From assembly GCA_003522085.1 (NCBI GenBank), contig DPGI01000009.1, forward strand, positions 151,396 through 215,395: 64,000 bases of DNA. Direction: 5' to 3'. Numbering within the stretch: the first letter of the stretch is position 1; every line of letters begins with the position of its first letter. Below, one piece after another: positions 35,579-41,900 of this stretch. The notes under the pieces are model-generated. The model saw nothing but the letters and a program-made list of their open reading frames with translations. It did not search any database and was not told the origin of the DNA. Source of the stretch: Clostridiales bacterium. GTDB lineage: Bacteria; Bacillota; Clostridia; Christensenellales; UBA1242. The translations under genes were made by a program, and so were the position numbers.

Positions 35579-36850
35579 ATGTTAGATTTGCAAATTTCAG
35601 ATTTAGGAGCAAACGGAAGCGGAGTCGCTAAACAGGGTGGCTTCGTTTATTTTGTTCCATTTTCAATCGACGGTGAAATGGTGGAAGCTGAGATTGTAAA
35701 ATCTGAAAAACGATATGCCGTGGCAAAGGTCACAAAAGTGATTGAAAAATCAGCCTATCGCACAAAACCTGCTTGCCCTTATTTTGAAAAATGTGGTGGT
35801 TGCTCGTTGCAACATATGACCTATCAAAAGCAACTTGCATATAAGACGAATTTTATCAAAAACGAACTTTATCGCGCTTTTGGTTGCGAAATTGCCATTG
35901 ATGAATGTTTTCCATCAAAAAATCAATTAAATTATCGAAATAAAATCAATTTTAATATAAAAAACAATAAATTATGTTTTTTAGATGTAAATAATCAGCC
36001 AATTCAAATCAATTATTGCCCTTTATTTTGCTCGGAAATAAATAAAAATATAATTTCAATTTTTAATAATTATTTTTCAGAAATAAAAAATAAATTTTTT
36101 GCATTACATATCAGAAAAATATCTGAAAAATATCAATTTACGCTAATTTCAAGCGATTTTGAGTTGAAAAATCAGGAAAAACTTGTAAATTCTTTAAAAC
36201 TACTCGAAATTCAGTTTTCTTTGTTTGTTTCAAAAAGTGTGTCGCAAACTAGTTCAAATATAACTGACAATATTGTTTGTAAATATGGCGAACCAGCAGT
36301 TAGTTATAATGTTGGCGGGGCGAGTTGCCAAGTTTCTCCAGGAGCATTTTTGCAAGTAAACGAAGATGTGCAAAATGAAATTTACAAGCAAATATCGGTC
36401 ATGATAAAACCAAATTCAAGAATTGTAAACGCTTATGGCGGCACAGGGATTTTGGCGGTTGCGCTTGCAAAAGAAGTTGAAAAAGTTTTTTCTATCGAAA
36501 TAAATAAAGCTGCGGCAGGTGATTGCAAACAGCTTTTTGAAAACAACAAAATAGAAAATGCCATCAGCATTTGCGGTGACTGCAAATATGAAGTGCCAAA
36601 ACTTTTGAAAAAAGAAAAAATCGATGCGGTGATTTTAGATCCGCCAAGAAGCGGGGTTGAAAAGTCGATTCTTGATATGATAAAAAAGACAGACATACAA
36701 GAAATTATATATCTGTCGTGCAGTCCTCAAACGCTTATTCGTGATTTAAAAGTGCTGCAAGAATGTTTTTATATTGATAGTGTTAAACCTTATGATATGT
36801 TTCCACAAACTTATCATATTGAAACACTTGTTAAATTGTCAAGAAAGTGA
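35579..36850 (+). CDS. 23S rRNA (uracil-5-)-methyltransferase, RumA/TrmA family
   Basis: N-terminal TRAM domain, Fe-S Cys cluster CPYFEKCGGCSLQH, SAM fold, DPPRSG and catalytic YLSCSPQTLIRDL. Confidence 0.9.
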   Translation: MLDLQISDLGANGSGVAKQGGFVYFVPFSIDGEMVEAEIVKSEKRYAVAKVTKVIEKSAYRTKPACPYFEKCGGCSLQHMTYQKQLAYKTNFIKNELYRAFGCEIAIDECFPSKNQLNYRNKINFNIKNNKLCFLDVNNQPIQINYCPLFCSEINKNIISIFNNYFSEIKNKFFALHIRKISEKYQFTLISSDFELKNQEKLVNSLKLLEIQFSLFVSKSVSQTSSNITDNIVCKYGEPAVSYNVGGASCQVSPGAFLQVNEDVQNEIYKQISVMIKPNSRIVNAYGGTGILAVALAKEVEKVFSIEINKAAAGDCKQLFENNKIENAISICGDCKYEVPKLLKKEKIDAVILDPPRSGVEKSILDMIKKTDIQEIIYLSCSPQTLIRDLKVLQECFYIDSVKPYDMFPQTYHIETLVKLSRK

Positions 36851-37438
36851 TTAAATCAACTTTAAATTTTCGTCTTTATCCCAAAAGTTTGTTTTCATAT
36901 CTAAAAAATGCATAATATCATTTTCATCATAAAGGTGGAAGTGACTTAAATCGCAACCAATATTGAAGCCAAAACTTTTATAAATCCCCATAGCGTTGTG
37001 GCTGTGTCCAAAAAGCGTCAACATTGTTTTGCTGTGATTTATTGGCTTGTGTGTAAGATAAAAGGCTCTGTGTTTTATCTTAATTTTATCGTGATATTTC
37101 ACATCAAGATAGCCAAGTTTTAAACAATATTGCCTAAATGCTTCAAAATCATTGTTAAAAAAGTATTTTACAACTCTTTCTTCATTGTTGCCCATAATCA
37201 ATATGATTTTAGAGTTGATTTTTTTTACGATATTTAAACTTTTCTTCCATGTGTCGTTGTCTTTGTTATGGCAATCGACCAAATCTCCAATGACATATAT
37301 AATATCGTTGCCGTCTACTTGGCTGTTCCAAGTTTTTACGAGATATCTTTCAAATTGTTTATAATCTTTGAATGGGCGTTTGTTTAATATAAGGTTATAA
37401 TTGTTGCCAAGATGTAAGTCGCTTGTGAAATAATACAT
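36851..37438 (-). CDS. small metallophosphoesterase (calcineurin-like)
   Basis: 195 aa; SDLHLG, VIGDLVD, MGNNE, GHSH motifs; AGGAGAAAAAC SD. Confidence 0.8.
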   Translation of the reverse strand: MYYFTSDLHLGNNYNLILNKRPFKDYKQFERYLVKTWNSQVDGNDIIYVIGDLVDCHNKDNDTWKKSLNIVKKINSKIILIMGNNEERVVKYFFNNDFEAFRQYCLKLGYLDVKYHDKIKIKHRAFYLTHKPINHSKTMLTLFGHSHNAMGIYKSFGFNIGCDLSHFHLYDENDIMHFLDMKTNFWDKDENLKLI

Positions 37439-37530
37439 GTTTTTCTCCTGTTACAATTAAAGTATAACATGCAAAACGAGAAAAAGCCAACAAAATTTAT
37501 GAATGAGATTGTAATTTTTTCATGCTCTTG

Positions 37531-37559
37531 AATAATTGTTGGTTGTGTGTTATAATTAA
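37531..37559 (+). promoter_or_regulatory. promoter of the DUF3800 gene
   Basis: TTGAAT, 17 nt, TGtTATAAT, followed by an AGGAGA SD. Confidence 0.55.
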
Positions 37560-37574
37560 ATATAGGAGAAAATT

Positions 37575-38381
37575 ATGCAATATCTATTGTTTGTTGACGA
37601 CACTGGATTTAACAAAAATAAAAACTCAAAAAGGCTTAACGACGAAAAAATTTCGATGGTTGGCTGTTTGGTGGCGGTTGATAAAATTCAAGACCTTGCA
37701 AATGAATTAAATTTTCAGCTTAGCGAACTTAAAGAGCTCTACAATGCCGACGAATATCATTTTACTGACATTTGCAATCATAAAAATCAATTTGAAGGCA
37801 TTGACGGTTACGATGCACTTTCAATGATTCAACTGTTTGCTGAAATCATAAAAGAATATGACATAAAAATTGTTACGCAAACAATAACCAGCGAAATGCT
37901 AGAAAAGAAGGGCGACCTTATCGCTGGCGTGGATGCAATTGCGAGAGAATGCGGATTTTCAAGCAAAAGCGAAGCGCAAAAAAACGAAAGCCGCGCGCTT
38001 ATTTTGAATATTTTAGATGCTAAAAAATACGTTGAGTCATTAAGCGGCGACAACGAAATTGCAGCTGTATTTTGCGACGAAGGGTTGAGGAAAAATAACG
38101 CCGAAACAAAAATTAAACTTGGCGGCAAAGATGTTGAAATCGATTTTTGCTCGTCAAAGGAGTTTCCATATTTGCAAATAGCCGATTTTGCGGCATGGGC
38201 GCTTACTAGAAGCAAGTTGAATTTAGAAAAGTCACAGGAAAAAGAGATGAAAGACTTTGATTTGATGACAATGAAAATTTTGGAAGATATAGTGCCAAAC
38301 TACATAAACATCGAAGCCGTTTCAACTAATGCCGGATATGGAATAAACATAGACAAAACTTTTGATGAAATTATTAAATAA
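37575..38381 (+). CDS. DUF3800-family protein
   Basis: 268 aa; N-terminal LLFVDDTG (hhhDESG-like), mid EYHFTDI, C-terminal YLQIADFAAWAL (LQ.AD signature). Confidence 0.65.
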   Translation: MQYLLFVDDTGFNKNKNSKRLNDEKISMVGCLVAVDKIQDLANELNFQLSELKELYNADEYHFTDICNHKNQFEGIDGYDALSMIQLFAEIIKEYDIKIVTQTITSEMLEKKGDLIAGVDAIARECGFSSKSEAQKNESRALILNILDAKKYVESLSGDNEIAAVFCDEGLRKNNAETKIKLGGKDVEIDFCSSKEFPYLQIADFAAWALTRSKLNLEKSQEKEMKDFDLMTMKILEDIVPNYINIEAVSTNAGYGINIDKTFDEIIK

Positions 38382-38382
38382 A

Positions 38383-38405
38383 GCACCCCGACGGGTGTTT
38401 TATTT
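38383..38405 (+). terminator. terminator after the DUF3800 gene
   Basis: caccc-cgac-gggtg hairpin followed by T-rich tract. Confidence 0.55.
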
Positions 38406-38590
38406 GAGACAAAATTAAAATTATGCTTTAAAAATGTCTAAAATAAGTGCTAAATCTGATATGTCTTTTTAAGATATATGTTATACTAAAATCGTTAGGA
38501 GAACGCATGTAAAAATGCGTCTTCGGCAAAATGAATGATAAAGAATTTATAAAAGTGCAATTTTAAAAAATTGCGGTGTTGGAGCAAAAA

Positions 38591-39097
38591 ATGAGATTGA
38601 TAAGCATAGACATAAACGATAAAAAGAATTTTGATATTTTTCTTCAACAAATTAAAAAATCTTTTCCCGCAAGCGAAAGAACTGAAAGAGAAGAGTATGT
38701 TAAGTTTGTTGCTTTTGGGGGACAACCATATTTTATATTGGACGACGAAACAACGGTAGGCGTTTGCTATGTGTTTGAAGGAACAAATATGGCGTATGTG
38801 TATTATCTTGCCATAAATGAAGATTTACGAAACAACGGGCTTGGCTCGAAGACAATCAAAACGCTTAAAAATTATTTTTTTAAAAAACCGCTTGTGCTGT
38901 CTATTGAAGACATAGAAAGTGGGAATGAAACCGCTTTAAGAAGATACAAATTTTACACAAAAAATGGCTTTACACATCAAAACTTGTCGTATACATGGCA
39001 GGGGGTTAGGCTTATGATGCTCAGCGATGAAAGGGTTGATATTTTTGAATATCAAAACACTTTTGGAAAATTGTTTAATTATTCTGATTATAAATAA
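38591..39097 (+). CDS. GNAT-family N-acetyltransferase
   Basis: YYLAINEDLRNNGLGSKTIKTL matches the acetyl-CoA motif A (Q/R-x-x-G-x-G/A); ATG at 38591 follows a GGAGCA SD (track start 38576). Confidence 0.7.
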   Translation: MRLISIDINDKKNFDIFLQQIKKSFPASERTEREEYVKFVAFGGQPYFILDDETTVGVCYVFEGTNMAYVYYLAINEDLRNNGLGSKTIKTLKNYFFKKPLVLSIEDIESGNETALRRYKFYTKNGFTHQNLSYTWQGVRLMMLSDERVDIFEYQNTFGKLFNYSDYK

Positions 39098-39157
39098 AGT
39101 CACAAAACGACTTTTTGGGGGAGTATGAAAATTTAAAAAACAATTTGCGCACTTGCA

Positions 39158-39754
39158 TTGATGCTGTGTCTTGGCGTTTCAGCCGTGTTGCTTACGGCGT
39201 GCGGGGGGAATGACGTGTCAAGCTTGTTTGGGAAAACACTTTCGTTTTATGGATATGCAAACATTTCTGAACACAACTATACAGTAGAAAATAAAACCAT
39301 GAAACTTGACGCGCTTGTAAAAGATTATTTTGACAAAATCGATTGGAATGCAACTCTTGGAAAAAGCAAAGAAGAAGTTAAAGATTCAAACAATGCGATG
39401 AGAATTATGTCAGAGCAAATCTATCAAAATGTTGATGAAAAAGCCCTTAAAGCTGTCAAATTTGAATTTTCAAGCGAAGAAGCCGCCAAAGTTACTGTTG
39501 ACGGGAATGAATATGCCATAAATTTACATACACTTTACGAGTATAGATTTAAAACCGGAAAAGATGAAGAAGAAATAACCATCAGATATGAGGGCGACAA
39601 CGCATTCAGCTATGGCACGAATGCTTGGAATAATTCAGCCTTGCCAATAAGTGAGACAAACACAGTTTTTATTAAATTTTTACAACCAACCGAAATTGCT
39701 GACGGGCAAACGGGAGACATATGCGTCTCAGGTAGAGTTTTATACAAAGCATAA
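39158..39754 (+). CDS. lipoprotein (lipobox LLTAC)
   Basis: MLCLGVSAVLLTACGG. An in-frame ATG at 39125 with a better n-region is separated from it by a TAA at 39134-39136. Confidence 0.65.
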   Translation: MMLCLGVSAVLLTACGGNDVSSLFGKTLSFYGYANISEHNYTVENKTMKLDALVKDYFDKIDWNATLGKSKEEVKDSNNAMRIMSEQIYQNVDEKALKAVKFEFSSEEAAKVTVDGNEYAINLHTLYEYRFKTGKDEEEITIRYEGDNAFSYGTNAWNNSALPISETNTVFIKFLQPTEIADGQTGDICVSGRVLYKA

Positions 39755-39756
39755 AC

Positions 39757-39815
39757 AAAAAATCCAAGATATCGATTAGAGCTTCAGCTCATTTGATTTC
39801 TTGGATTTTTATTTT
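39757..39815 (+). terminator. terminator-like hairpin after the lipoprotein gene
   Basis: atccaaga...tcttggat stem with an inner gagc/gctc stem, then a T-run. Confidence 0.5.
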
Positions 39816-39894
39816 GTCATTTTATAGCGTGATAACATTTTATTGTTAATCATTTAAAAATTAACATAGTAAAACAATTTCAAAGCATTCTTAT

Positions 39895-39933
39895 AAAAAA
39901 TACGCACCCCAGCACACCTTATCAGGGTGCGTA
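39895..39933 (-). terminator. terminator hairpin next to the displaced tRNA-Ser 3' fragment
   Basis: tacgcaccc/gggtgcgta 9-bp stem with a T6 run on the minus strand. Confidence 0.6.
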
Positions 39934-39941
39934 TATTTTGT

Positions 39942-39955
39942 TGGCGGAGACGATG
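39942..39955 (-). repeat. partial copy of the tRNA-Ser 3' end (att-like direct repeat)
   Basis: TGGCGGAGACGATG versus TGGCGGAGACGGTG at 45794-45807. Both copies are preceded by AGGGTGCGTA (39924-39933 and 45773-45782). Confidence 0.65.
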
Positions 39956-40012
39956 CTATCCAATTCTAACTTTAAAGTCTATGTTGGTGATAGGTGGATT
40001 AAGATTTGTTGT

Positions 40013-41113
40013 TTAATCTAAAGGTGGAAATCCTGTATAACATTTTTGAGCATTGGCATGTCCTAACACTCTCCCTATTGAAGTAATAGAAAATCCATTT
40101 GGAATTTTATCCCACCAATCGTGTATAACTTTTAATGCAGGAAACGTGTCAAGTTTTTCGTAGAATTTATTTAATACAATATTTTTCTTATCTGCGACTT
40201 TATCATAGAAATCAATAACTTTATAAAGACATTCCTTTTCTTCTTGCGATAAAGGTAAAATAGTGCCATTTGATTGAATTTTATCAAGTTTGTCAATTTC
40301 CGTTGTTTTTGTCAAAGGTAGTCTTACATGATTATCTATAAGTTCGTGGTCAATGAGGATATTTTCTAATCCATAAGGTTTTAATAAATTAATTGCTTTT
40401 TGATAATTTTCAGAGTTTTTATCAATGCCCACGCAAAAATAACCATCAAGATTTTGTAAATAAAATTCTTTTAATTTCTTTAACCTACAAAATGAATTTA
40501 ATCTTATTGCCTTTAAAATATCTAATTGGTCTAACCAATCATTATTATTGGGCAAGTCGCAAATTAAAAGACTTTCAAACAATTTATTCATTACATTTAA
40601 CCCTTCGGTTATATTGCCAGTTATAGGGCATATCCCTATTAAAATTGTAGTAATAACAGTTAGAGCTACAAGGCTTTCATCTGATATTTGTTCTACAATG
40701 TCTACAGCTCCATTAATTCCAATACAGCTTGCCTTATTGTTTTGTTTTTTGTATCTATGAATAAGCAATTCTGATAAGATGTTGTAATCACTTTCTCTTG
40801 TCGTTGTAGCGGCTTGAATTTGGGCTTTTCTATATACTAATTTAAAAGCGGGGTCATTGAAGATTTCTAACGCATTCTCTATTTCTGCTAATTTTGGAAT
40901 AAATCTATTTTCAAAATCATTCATTCTTTTTTGTGCCAACTCATCTGCGTTTGAAAAATATTCTTCCATTATTTGCTTTGCAGAATACTCTGAAATTTGT
41001 TTTGCTTTCTCTTCATCAAATTGAGTAATATGATTATGTACAATAGTTAGATTTTCGCCTTGATAATTATTTGAATTTGCCCCAGAACTAATTTCTTGAT
41101 TTCTTTTTGTCAT
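40013..41113 (-). CDS. hypothetical protein (366 aa from MTKRNQ), island cargo
   Basis: The track ORF 40013..41230 is trimmed to the internal ATG preceded by a GGAGAAAAT SD. No recognisable motif. My character-level reading of the homopolymers near 41105 and 41160 disagrees with the track by compensating 1-nt shifts, so the start has an uncertainty of 1 nt. Confidence 0.6.
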   Translation of the reverse strand: MTKRNQEISSGANSNNYQGENLTIVHNHITQFDEEKAKQISEYSAKQIMEEYFSNADELAQKRMNDFENRFIPKLAEIENALEIFNDPAFKLVYRKAQIQAATTTRESDYNILSELLIHRYKKQNNKASCIGINGAVDIVEQISDESLVALTVITTILIGICPITGNITEGLNVMNKLFESLLICDLPNNNDWLDQLDILKAIRLNSFCRLKKLKEFYLQNLDGYFCVGIDKNSENYQKAINLLKPYGLENILIDHELIDNHVRLPLTKTTEIDKLDKIQSNGTILPLSQEEKECLYKVIDFYDKVADKKNIVLNKFYEKLDTFPALKVIHDWWDKIPNGFSITSIGRVLGHANAQKCYTGFPPLD

Positions 41114-41267
41114 GATTATTTTCTCCGAATTGTATATTGTTGCAATTATCTCCAGACGAAATATTTTGTTTGTTTGTCTGTTTATTATTGTAAATTGATA
41201 TTCCACCGAATATTGCAGAAATAATAGCAAATATTCCGGATATTATTGTGCAAATAATTTCAACCAT
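41088..41267 (-). CDS. small single-TM peptide (about 59 aa) overlapping the start of the downstream ORF
   Basis: MVEIICTIISGIFAIISAIFGGISIYNNKQTNKQN...; AGGAGG SD 7 nt upstream and TGgTATAAT promoter upstream. The 3' end follows the track-consistent frame. If my literal reading is right the ORF stops near 41145 instead. Confidence 0.45.
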   Translation of the reverse strand: MVEIICTIISGIFAIISAIFGGISIYNNKQTNKQNISSGDNCNNIQFGENNHDKKKSRN

Positions 41268-41498
41268 AATTACCTCCTATTTAGTGCTTAATCATTATAC
41301 CATATTTTGTAAAAAAATGAAAGGTCTATAAGAAAAAAAGAAGAAGTGTTTTTCAACTTCTTCTCGTGGGTGTTTTATTGATTGTTTTGCAAGTGAGAAT
41401 AGACATCTTTTGCTGTTAGATTTTGGATTTTGCCACTAGATTCGGCGAAGTTTTTTATGTCTGTTGCAAACATTAAACTTATTCGTTTAAGTTGCTGA

Positions 41499-41774
41499 TT
41501 TGACAAACTTGCTTGCCAAAGACTTGTTGATATGTTTTTAAATAGAGTTGTTTTGTATGATGACCACTGCGATATTTATTTCAACACAAATGATGATAAA
41601 TCTAAACATCTTAAACTTAAAGAGCAACTAGACTTAGAAAGCGAAATTTTGTTTGAAAACAAAAAGAACACCACTAGTGTTCTTGCGTACCTAAAAAAAG
41701 AGCAATCTAAACTAAAAAGTTCGGATTACTCCCTAATGGCGGGGCTAACAAAGTTCAGATTGAACTATTTTTAA
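41499..41774 (+). pseudogene. possible C-terminal remnant of a large serine recombinase
   Basis: open frame ..LVDMFLNRVVLYDDHCDIYFN.. resembles the fi.kI.vydd..ieI.F tail of large serine recombinases; no catalytic domain upstream. Confidence 0.3.
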
Positions 41775-41900
41775 TCAATGATCATTTACGATTATCGTTT
41801 ATATTAAAACAATTATAAAATATTGTTTGTAATATTTTGTCGAATATATAGAAATTATTAAAATATATGTTATAATGGTGCTATAAAGTGAGGTAAACTT

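Noticed and set aside
39134-39136. Stop-codon reassignment suggested by the in-frame TAA in the lipoprotein signal peptide
   Set aside because: TAA, TAG and TGA each terminate conserved genes at their expected ends. Examples are secA, rpsF and ssb (TAA), argS (TAG), and the flippase and rRNA methyltransferase genes (TGA). The standard code fits, so a point mutation or a sequencing error is more likely.
41270-41900. Intact integrase or recombinase for the island
   Set aside because: Only short open frames exist here: a 92-codon plus-strand frame with a recombinase-tail-like sequence and a ~60-codon minus-strand frame with no start codon. No catalytic domain is present, so this is reported only as a low-confidence remnant.
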